Of a stretch of DNA of 64,000 nucleotides, positions 55,788 to 64,000 are shown one piece after another (position 1 is the stretch's first letter; each line of letters starts with the position of its first letter). This DNA comes from an uncultured bacterium (lineage in GTDB: Bacteria; Krumholzibacteriota; Krumholzibacteriia; JACNKJ01). The stretch covers positions 1 to 64,000 of the forward strand of contig CAYPGS010000018.1 in NCBI GenBank assembly GCA_964410395.1. Reading direction: 5' to 3'. The notes beneath the pieces are model-generated. The model saw nothing but the letters and a program-made list of their open reading frames with translations. It did not search any database and was not told the DNA's origin. The position numbers and the translations under genes are program-made.

Positions 55788-56697
55788 CCTTCTCGCCTCC
55801 GATGGTCACGGGCAGGCCCGCTTCCCGCAGAATCGTTGCCAGGGTTTCCAGACGTTCCGGCGAGGCCTTCATGTCCCCTGGCAGATTCCAGTCCATGCCG
55901 AATCGCGCATGCTTGTCGCGGGATCCGGCGTGGAAGGGCAGCAGGGTCACGCCGCTCAAGTTTAGCATGCCCGAAAGCCGCGCGGCAGTAGCCCGCATGT
56001 TTTCCGCGTCGTCGTTGACGCCGGGAATCACCGGCACACGCACCTCCAGGGAGCGTCCCATGCTCTCGAGCGTGTCGAGGTTCGATAGGAGCTGCCGGTT
56101 GCTCGACCCGGTGAAGCGCCGATGTCGTTGCTCGTCCATGAGCTTCAGGTCGAAAAGGATGAGCTCGGCCCGCTCGGCCACGGCCGCGAAGAGCTCGGGC
56201 TCGGCGTGGCCCGTGGTGTCCACGGCCCGATGCAGGTCGGCCTGGCCGCAGAGCTCCAGGGCTTCGATCAGGAACTCGGGCTGGGCCAGGGGCTCGCCAC
56301 CGGAGAAGGTCACGCCGCCGCCGGACTCCTCGTAGAAGACTCGATCCCGCTCGAGTTCCGCGAGCAATTCGGCCGTGTCCACCGAACGTCCCAACATCTC
56401 ACGAGCGTTTGTGGGACAGGCCGCAACGCATTCCCCCCGCAGACGACAGCCCGACTCGTCGGTAAGACTCTTGCCCGCCGCCAGCCTGATCGCCTCTTCG
56501 GGACATGCCTCGACGCATTTACCGCAGCCCAGGCAGAGTTCGGCGCGGAAGAGCAGCATGGCCTCGGCGGCCCGGCTCTCGGGATTGTGGCACCAGGGAC
56601 AGAGAAAGGGACAGCCCTTGAGGAAGACCGTGCTGCGGATTCCCGGACCGTCATGCACCGAGAACCGCTTCAGGTCGAAGATCAGGCCTCGGACCAT
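55780..56697 (-). CDS. Glycyl-radical enzyme activating protein (radical SAM with auxiliary ferredoxin-like clusters)
   Basis: GCPFLCPWCHNPES radical-SAM cluster plus two additional CxxCxxC..CP clusters. Overlaps the GRE start by 8 bp. Confidence 0.9.
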   Translation of the reverse strand: MVRGLIFDLKRFSVHDGPGIRSTVFLKGCPFLCPWCHNPESRAAEAMLLFRAELCLGCGKCVEACPEEAIRLAAGKSLTDESGCRLRGECVAACPTNAREMLGRSVDTAELLAELERDRVFYEESGGGVTFSGGEPLAQPEFLIEALELCGQADLHRAVDTTGHAEPELFAAVAERAELILFDLKLMDEQRHRRFTGSSNRQLLSNLDTLESMGRSLEVRVPVIPGVNDDAENMRATAARLSGMLNLSGVTLLPFHAGSRDKHARFGMDWNLPGDMKASPERLETLATILREAGLPVTIGGEKDE

Positions 56698-58562
56698 GGC
56701 GCCTGCGCCTTCTCCTGCTGCGAGAACTGCATCTCGTAGAGCTGGCGATAGAGTCCGCCGGCCGCCATGAGTTCCTCGTGCCGACCCTCCTGGACGAGGC
56801 GGCCACCCTCGATCACGGCGATGCGATCCGCGCCGCGAATGGTCGAGAGCCGGTGGGCGATGACCAGGGCCGTGCGGCCGGCCATGAGCCGGTCGATGGC
56901 CTCCTGCACCAGAAGCTCGCTCTCGGTGTCCAGAGCGCTGGTCGCTTCATCGAATATGAGGATCTCGGGATCCTTGAGCAGGGCCCGCGCGATGGCGAGC
57001 CGCTGCCGTTGCCCGCCCGATAGCTGAAGACCGCGTTCGCCGATGATGGTGTCGTAACCCTCGGGCGCCTCGAGGATGAAGTCGTGGGCCCGGGCCGCGC
57101 GCGCGGCCTCTTCCACCTGTTCGCGGGTCGCCGATGGACGTCCGTAGGCGATGTTGTTCAGGATACTGTCGTTGAAGAGCAGCACGTCCTGGGTGACGAT
57201 GCCGAACTTGTCGCGCCAGGCCGAGAGCGAGAACTCGCGCAGGTCCCGTCCGTCCATGGAAAGCCGTCCGCCGCCGGGCTCGTAGAAGCGCGCCAGCAGG
57301 TCGGCCAGGGTGCTCTTGCCACCGCCGCTGGGTCCGACCAGAGCCACCACCTGGCCCCTGGGAATGTCGAGATTCAGCTCGCGTATGACCGGCAGATCCT
57401 TGCGGTACTCGAAGTCCACCGACTCGAAACGGATGGCCTGCTCCAACGGACCCGGCGCATCACCCTTGTCGAGGCTTGTGCGCTCGGATTCCTCGTCGAG
57501 AATCTGGAAGATGCGCTCCCCTGCGGCCACGCCCTCCTGCACGATCTGGTTGAGCTCGGAGATGCGGCGCAGGGGACCCACGATGCTGAGCACCGCCACC
57601 ACGAAGAGCACGAGATGGCTCGCCTCCATGTGGCCCTGCAGAACCTGCACGCCGCCATACCCCACGATGATGACCACGGACAGGCTGCCAAGCATCTCCG
57701 AGAGCGGTGCGTTGAGGGCACCGAGGGCCCGCAGGCGCACGGAGCTCTTGAAGTAGTCCCAGTTGAAGTAGCCGAAGCGCTTGACCTCGTCGGCCTCCCG
57801 ACCGAAGGCCTTCACCACGCGGGCGCCGGTGACGGTCTCACCGATGGCGGCGGCCATGTCGCCCATGCGCACCTGGATGCGCGTGCTGTCCCGCTTGAGC
57901 AGTCGGCCGAGGGTGCGCAGCAGCAGGGCGTTCACCGGCACGATGAGGAAGGTGAGCAGGCTGAGCCGCCAGCTGATGGCGAAGATGATGACCAGGCCCA
58001 CCACCACCATGAGTCCGTTGCGGAAAAAGGAGGCCGTGGCGCCGACGATGGCGCCCTTGAGCGTATTCACGTCATTGACCACGCGGCTGATGAGCACGCC
58101 GGTCTGCTGCCCGTGGAAGAAGCCCAGCGGCAGGCGCTGGAGGTGCCCGTAGAGGTCGCGCCGGATATCGTAGAGGCTCTTCTGTTCCAGGAAATGAACC
58201 AGGTAAGCCTGGATGTAGTCGAAGAGGTTCTTCAGGAAATAGGCCAGCAAGATGACCAGCAGCCCGCGCAGCAACCGCTCGCGGCGCTCGCCTTGATCCA
58301 GCCAGCCGCGGGCGCTGGCGAGGGTGCGATCCTTCCAGGCGCCTGCCTTGTCCACGAAGTTCGGATCCACGGCCACCGGATCGCTCAGCTCGATCTGCAC
58401 GGGGCCGGGGGGTTCGTCCTTGAAGAGGTTGTCCAAGAAGGGGACGATGAGGGTGAGCGAGATGCCATTCATGGCCGCGAAGAGGAAGATCGCCGCCAGG
58501 GCCAGGATGCAGCGGCGCCAGTAGGGCCGCAGGTAGGACAGCAATCTCGACGTGGTGCTCAT
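56682..58562 (-). CDS. ABC transporter permease/ATP-binding protein (MsbA-like exporter)
   Basis: Six-TM N-terminal domain plus NBD with Walker A GPSGGGKST, signature LSGGQRQRLAIARAL and Walker B ILIFDEATSALD. Overlaps the activase start by 16 bp. Confidence 0.9.
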   Translation of the reverse strand: MSTTSRLLSYLRPYWRRCILALAAIFLFAAMNGISLTLIVPFLDNLFKDEPPGPVQIELSDPVAVDPNFVDKAGAWKDRTLASARGWLDQGERRERLLRGLLVILLAYFLKNLFDYIQAYLVHFLEQKSLYDIRRDLYGHLQRLPLGFFHGQQTGVLISRVVNDVNTLKGAIVGATASFFRNGLMVVVGLVIIFAISWRLSLLTFLIVPVNALLLRTLGRLLKRDSTRIQVRMGDMAAAIGETVTGARVVKAFGREADEVKRFGYFNWDYFKSSVRLRALGALNAPLSEMLGSLSVVIIVGYGGVQVLQGHMEASHLVLFVVAVLSIVGPLRRISELNQIVQEGVAAGERIFQILDEESERTSLDKGDAPGPLEQAIRFESVDFEYRKDLPVIRELNLDIPRGQVVALVGPSGGGKSTLADLLARFYEPGGGRLSMDGRDLREFSLSAWRDKFGIVTQDVLLFNDSILNNIAYGRPSATREQVEEAARAARAHDFILEAPEGYDTIIGERGLQLSGGQRQRLAIARALLKDPEILIFDEATSALDTESELLVQEAIDRLMAGRTALVIAHRLSTIRGADRIAVIEGGRLVQEGRHEELMAAGGLYRQLYEMQFSQQEKAQAPWSEA

Positions 58563-58669
58563 GGCCGGGAATGTAGCAAATTGAGGTCGAAAACCGCCAG
58601 CCCTGTGCTAGGCTCTCACGGAAGGATGGAAATCGCCTAAGGTCCCGATTCAAGGGGAAAGGGAGGATC

Positions 58670-58777
58670 CATGCATATTCTGGCCATTCTGGGACAGTTC
58701 TTCGTCGGCGTCCGGGTGTTGCTCATCGGCGTCGCGGCAATCTGGTTCGTGACCATGTACAACGAGAAGCAGGGCTA
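58670..58777 (+). CDS. Small hydrophobic peptide (35 aa), possible membrane microprotein
   Basis: RBS AGGGAGG 6 nt upstream of ATG; MHILAILGQFFVGVRVLLIGVAAIWFVTMYNEKQG. Confidence 0.3.
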
Positions 58778-58814
58778 GAGCACTCGTCGGCAGCCGCCTC
58801 GAAAGGAATTCGCC

Positions 58815-59168
58815 TTGCCCGAGGACAGGAAGATCAACTATCTCGAGCTTCCGGCCGAGGATCTCGACGCGGTACAGAAGTTCTACGCGGCCGTCTTCGG
58901 GTGGACCTTCACGGACTACGGCCCAGACTACCGCGCCTTCAACGATGGCTTCATGGACGGCGGTTTCTATCGAGCACCGCTCTCCTCGAAGACGGGCGAC
59001 GGCGCCGCGCTCATCGTGCTCTATGCCGAGGAGTTGGAGAAGGTGCTGGCGGAGGTCCGGGCGGCGGGCGGATCCATCGTGAAAGAGATCTTCTCCTTTC
59101 CGGGCGGTCGGCGATTCCACTTCGCCGATCCCGCGGGCAACGAGTTGGCCGTCTGGACCGACCGGTAG
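58815..59168 (+). CDS. VOC (glyoxalase/bleomycin-resistance) family protein
   Basis: VOC-fold pattern (..KFYAAVFGW..HFADPAGNELAVW); TTG start with AAAGGA RBS. Confidence 0.7.
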   Translation: MPEDRKINYLELPAEDLDAVQKFYAAVFGWTFTDYGPDYRAFNDGFMDGGFYRAPLSSKTGDGAALIVLYAEELEKVLAEVRAAGGSIVKEIFSFPGGRRFHFADPAGNELAVWTDR

Positions 59169-59430
59169 CCAACAGCCGTCTAAGTTGTTAATTTGTTAGG
59201 TATTGTGCCCAATCAGGATCCCTGCTCCTGCTTGCCCAGTCCGTGACTTGAGCTATACTTTTCTTACGGAATCGCCGAGTTGTCTGGATCGAGTGGTGTG
59301 GTGGATTCGGCCCATTCTGCAATCATGAATCACCTCATGTTTTCCGCTGCGCACTGATCCTGTTGATCTCATCATCGCCGACGATGGCCTCAGGGGCCGT
59401 TCGGTGATCCGATCCAATAGGAGGCGCCCG

Positions 59431-60374
59431 ATGCCCAGAACGCCGCACGTTTCGCTCGCACTCGCCCTCTTCCTGTTCCTCTCTGCCATGTCCGCGCTGG
59501 CCCACTGGGATCCTGGCGACGGGCACAGATGCACTTCCCCCAGCTTCCCTATGACCTGGTCTATCCCTCCGAATTCGGAATCGATGTGGCATTCGCGAAC
59601 ACGCGACTGGCCGATGATTGGGGCTGCATCGAGTCCGGTCCGGTCGACGAAATCCATGTCTGGGTATCCTGGCGCAACAATATCGTCATTCCAGTGGGCC
59701 TGATCGGGGTTAGAATCTGGTCCAATGATCCTGACGGGCCTGGAGGCTACCCCGTTCCTGGTCAGCTCCTGTGGGAACGCTTCTTCGACCCCTCGGAGTA
59801 CACCGTGCGGCCGATGGAAGACCATATACAGGGCTGGTTCGATTTCGTGGCCGGGAATTTCTGGGAGAACAATCACGAATCCTGGCATCAGATCAACATC
59901 GTCGACATCGTCGAGCCCTTCCATCAGGAGTATGCAACTCTGTACTGGCTCGAGCTCGAATTCGATCAGTCCGATTTCGCCATCGGCTGGAAGGTGGCGG
60001 GCGTCGCCGGCTTCCAGGGCACGGCCCTCTACTGGGACGGCGATTGGAAGGAGATGATCAATCCCCTCACCATGCAGCGGATCAGCCTGTCCTTCGTCAT
60101 CGACGGCGCCGCCCAGCCCGAGGGCTGCTGGCTCTGCTGTCCCCTGGAAGGCGACATCCTCGTGAGCACCACGGGGTCGGGCCGGACCACGCCTGACTTC
60201 AACGGAGACAAGGCTGTCACCATCGCCGACCTCGGGATCTTCGCCACCTGCCTCTTCGGCCCCTACGACCCCTGCTGCGATTTCGACTGCAACGGGGTCA
60301 CCGACATCGCCGACTTCGCCATCTTCGCCTCGCACTACTATCATAGCGGGAGCCACGAGTGCAGCTGCCCCTGA
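59431..60374 (+). pseudogene. Secreted protein with C-terminal dockerin-like double repeat (family member H), disrupted by a 1-nt frameshift in a C5 run just after the signal peptide
   Basis: RBS AGGAGG plus signal peptide MPRTPHVSLALALFLFLSAMSALA in frame 1 (track ORF 59404..59703); body in frame 0 (59529..60374). Inserting one C in the CCCCC run at 59537-59541 restores a continuous ORF. C-terminal DFNGDKAVTIADLGIFATCLFG and DFDCNGVTDIADFAIFASHY match the dockerin DxNxDGxVxxxD repeat. Confidence 0.5.
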
Positions 60375-60384
60375 TCGCGTACTC

Positions 60385-60415
60385 AGACCCATGAAAAAAC
60401 CCCCGCCACATGGCG
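60385..60415. terminator. Bidirectional terminator (AAAAAACCCCCGCCacatGGCGGGGGTTT)
   Basis: GC hairpin between the convergent dockerin-like (+) and peroxiredoxin (-) genes. Confidence 0.5.
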
Positions 60416-60443
60416 GGGGTTTCGCATTGGGATGCTCGTATCG

Positions 60444-60914
60444 CTAGCCGACCAATTCCTTGGTCTTCGCGAGCAGTTCCATCGGCTGACGCGCGCCGTC
60501 GGGACCGACGGACTTGGACCAGAGGACCTTGCCATTCTTGTCGATCAGAATGGTGGCGCGGTCGGAGATGCCCGCTTCATCCAGCCACAGGCCGTAGGCC
60601 TTGGACACTTCGCCCTTGGGATGGAAGTCGGCCATCAGGGGAAACTTGATGCCGTCAAAGGTGCTCGCCCAGCCCTTGTGTGTGAACTTCGAATCCACGC
60701 TCATACCCAGAACCTGGGTATCGATGGCCTCGAACTCTTCGAGAAGAGCGTTGAGGCCAGGGATCTCGATGCTTCAAGTGGGCGTGAAGTCGAGGGGATA
60801 GGAAACGAAAAGCACATTCTTGGAGCCCTTGAAATCCGAGAGCTTGACGATCTCGTCCAAGTGGCTGTCCAGGCTGAAATCCGGAGCGTTCGCGCCGGCT
60901 TCGATCAGGGCCAT
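60444..60914 (-). CDS. Peroxiredoxin (BCP/PrxQ-like) with an in-frame TGA at the peroxidatic-Cys position; probable selenocysteine-containing peroxiredoxin
   Basis: RBS GGAGG before ATG 60914. ..KNVLFVSYPLDFTPT-[TGA at 60774-60776]-SIEIPGLNALLEEFEAIDTQVLGMSVDS..ILIDKNGKV.. is a contiguous BCP-type Prx across track ORFs 60774..61094 and 60444..60704, which share a frame. The stop replaces the Cys of the universal FTxxCxxE motif. GC stem-loops begin ~17 nt downstream of the TGA on the mRNA. Confidence 0.6.
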
Positions 60915-61084
60915 GGATTGCCTCCGTTTGAGGTGAAAGTGAATCGCTTGCTTGGCGACAATATCCCACAAGGCTTCGGCTTTCTCAACAGGCAGAGTGC
61001 ACTCAGGATTCCGCGATCCTGAACTCCGCATCTGAAGGGCCTTCGACGACGAATCGTGGCAGTGGGCCGGCGGCGGGCATGAAA

Positions 61085-61115
61085 AATCCCCCACCTGCTG
61101 GCGGGGGGTTTTTTT
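61085..61115. terminator. Terminator hairpin (AAAAATCCCCCACCtgctGGCGGGGGGTTTTTTT)
   Basis: GC hairpin flanked by A/T runs between the thioredoxin 3' end and the peroxiredoxin 5' end. Confidence 0.45.
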
Positions 61116-61131
61116 ATGGCTTTGGCCTTGT

Positions 61132-61524
61132 TTACAGGTGTTTTTCGAGCCGAGAGATCAAGCTGTATCGTGGTGGAACGCCGGCGATGGTGTCCACGGG
61201 GCGGCCTTTCTCGAAAACGAGCAGGGTCGGCAGGCTCTTAACCTCATAGCGAATGGCCAGGTCGCGGTCCTGGTCCACGTTGACCTTCGCGAAGCGGAGC
61301 TTACCGCCCATCAGCTCATTCATCTCCTCGAGCATGGGCTCCATGGACTTGCACGGCTGGCACCAATCTGCCCAAAAGTCAACAATGACAGGGGTTTCCG
61401 AGTCCGAGATGACTTCATCGAAGTTCTGGGCGTTCAGGGGCTGGAGCTTGTCCAAGTAAGGGTCCTCCTCAAGGGTACTCTGCGCGGCGAATGTCACCAT
61501 AGCCCGGACCCTCAGGTCCATCAC
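61132..61524 (-). CDS. Thioredoxin
   Basis: VIVDFWADWCQPCKSMEP (WCxPC) and thioredoxin fold length. Start ambiguous among three Met codons (61500-61524). Confidence 0.85.
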   Translation of the reverse strand: MMDLRVRAMVTFAAQSTLEEDPYLDKLQPLNAQNFDEVISDSETPVIVDFWADWCQPCKSMEPMLEEMNELMGGKLRFAKVNVDQDRDLAIRYEVKSLPTLLVFEKGRPVDTIAGVPPRYSLISRLEKHL

Positions 61525-61716
61525 AAGGACTTTTTTGAAGAAAATTTGGGGCCTCCAGAATTAAGGTAAACGCGGAATGAAGTCGCCCAGTTTTCAAGAC
61601 TTGCGGGACCTATATCAATAAAGAGCAGGTTAGACAGATAACGGGTTGTCCACATAATCTAATAAAGATGCTCACTCGGCTCTTCGTTTCCGGCAAATCC
61701 TTTCTTCCCAACTTCT

Positions 61717-61745
61717 TGCCGAGCCCCTTTAGCTGTGCTATATCA
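61717..61745 (+). promoter_or_regulatory. Sigma70-like promoter candidate for the MoxR/DUF58 operon (TTGCCG-17-TATATC)
   Basis: Hexamers with 17-bp spacing within a 320-bp lower-GC spacer, ~100 bp upstream of the MoxR start. Confidence 0.3.
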
Positions 61746-61843
61746 TGCCGGAACTTTCCCCTGCCCCCGGCGTAGATGCGCGCCCTTTCCCCAGCGGGGC
61801 AAACCCTTACAAACAGTAACCTTCAGGATCAGGGAGCCTTCCC

Positions 61844-62830
61844 ATGGAGACGAATTACGACATCGAGGTGCTCAACGAGCGGGTGGAGCGCGAGAGCCGT
61901 TTCGCGCGGGAGATCAGCGAGGAGGTTGGCAAGGTCATCGTGGGCCAGCGCTACCTGGTTGACCGCCTCCTCATCGGACTTCTCTGCGGCGGCCACGTGC
62001 TGCTGGAGGGACTGCCCGGCCTGGCCAAGACCCTGGCCGTCTCCAGCCTGGCCGGCGCCGTGAAGGCCGACTTCCGGCGCATCCAGTTCACTCCCGACCT
62101 GCTGCCGGCCGACCTGGTGGGCACGCAGATCTTCGATCCGGGCAGCGGCGACTTCCACACGCGCAAGGGCCCCATCTTCGCCAACTTCATCCTGGCCGAC
62201 GAGATCAACCGCGCGCCGGCCAAGGTGCAGAGCGCGCTTCTGGAATCCATGCAGGAACGGCAGGTCACCCTGGGCGGCGAGACCCATCCCCTTCCCGATC
62301 CCTTCCTGGTGCTCGCCACGCAGAATCCCATCGAGCAGGAGGGCACCTATCCCCTGCCCGAGGCCCAGGTGGACCGCTTCATGTTGAAGGTGAGGGTGGG
62401 ATACCCCAGCCGCGACGAGGAGAAGCAGATCCTCGGTCGCATGGGCGGATTGGATTCGCCCTCGGTGACCGCGGTGACCGATCCGGCGAAGATCGCCGAG
62501 GCGCGCAGGCTCATCCACGACATCTATATGGACGAGAAGGTGAAGGACTACATCATCGACCTCGTCTTCGCCACCCGCGAGCCGGCCAGCGTCGGACTCG
62601 GCGAGCTGATCACCTACGGCGCCAGCCCGCGTGCGACGCTCTACCTGGCCCAGGCGGCCCGGGCCCACGCCTTCCTGCGCGGGCGGGGTTACGTGACCCC
62701 CGAGGACGTGAAGAAGATCGGCCTGGACGTGCTGCGCCACCGCATCATCGTGAGCTATGAGGCCGAGGCGGAGGAAATGGACAGCGACGCGGTCATCGCG
62801 CGCCTCTTCGACGCGGTGGAAGTGCCCTAG
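61844..62830 (+). CDS. MoxR-family AAA+ ATPase
   Basis: Walker A GLPGLAKT, Walker B ILADEINRA and sensor motifs; 328 aa, typical of MoxR. Confidence 0.9.
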   Translation: METNYDIEVLNERVERESRFAREISEEVGKVIVGQRYLVDRLLIGLLCGGHVLLEGLPGLAKTLAVSSLAGAVKADFRRIQFTPDLLPADLVGTQIFDPGSGDFHTRKGPIFANFILADEINRAPAKVQSALLESMQERQVTLGGETHPLPDPFLVLATQNPIEQEGTYPLPEAQVDRFMLKVRVGYPSRDEEKQILGRMGGLDSPSVTAVTDPAKIAEARRLIHDIYMDEKVKDYIIDLVFATREPASVGLGELITYGASPRATLYLAQAARAHAFLRGRGYVTPEDVKKIGLDVLRHRIIVSYEAEAEEMDSDAVIARLFDAVEVP

Positions 62831-62833
62831 GCC

Positions 62834-64000
<1,167 letters not shown>

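Noticed and set aside
59253-60392. 379-aa ORF antisense to the dockerin-like protein gene
   Set aside because: Shadow ORF. The plus strand carries the RBS, signal peptide and dockerin repeats.

Overview
High-GC (~65-68%) bacterial chromosomal window, gene-dense on both strands, with no rRNA, tRNA, CRISPR or phage/IS hallmarks detected. Housekeeping genes include an acyl-CoA dehydrogenase, carA/carB, moaA, a 5'-3' exonuclease, a patatin-like protein, a MoxR-DUF58 pair and thioredoxin. The outstanding trait is a large secreted proteolytic arsenal. Five large exported proteins (a C25 gingipain-like peptidase, an S8 subtilase, two M36-like metalloproteases and a WD40 propeller) end in a T9SS type-A C-terminal sorting domain (..GVYFYRL....KMVLIK), which places the organism in a T9SS-bearing lineage (FCB-group or candidate phylum; exact taxon not determinable here). 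The most novel signal is a separate paralogous family of seven small Sec-exported proteins, clustered at 21.6-26.8 kb plus 33.1 kb and 42.1 kb. Their N-terminal bodies are unrelated or only pairwise related, but all share a short conserved C-terminal tail, roughly (T/S)x(E)SxWSx[IVL]Kx[LM][YF](R)-COOH. This looks like a previously undescribed C-terminal sorting or processing tag, distinct from the T9SS CTD. Two members are disrupted, one by a frameshift and one by an in-frame TGA, and a tail-only remnant lies between two of them. A peroxiredoxin has an in-frame TGA exactly at the peroxidatic Cys position, so it is probably a selenoprotein. A 4-helix-bundle (IVS-type) gene flanked by perfect 31-bp inverted repeats is inserted at the acyl-CoA dehydrogenase stop codon. 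An inverted-duplicated GGGGAGGG..CCCTCCCC double-hairpin repeat sits downstream of three T9SS cargo genes. A glycyl-radical enzyme operon (ABC exporter, activase, GRE, Nfu) has unknown substrate. A P-loop GTPase (possibly cyclic-2,3-diphosphoglycerate-synthetase-like) carries a histone-like Lys-rich tail. Many long ORFs antisense to real genes are high-GC shadow ORFs and were rejected. Hand-derived coordinates of short motifs may be off by a few bases.
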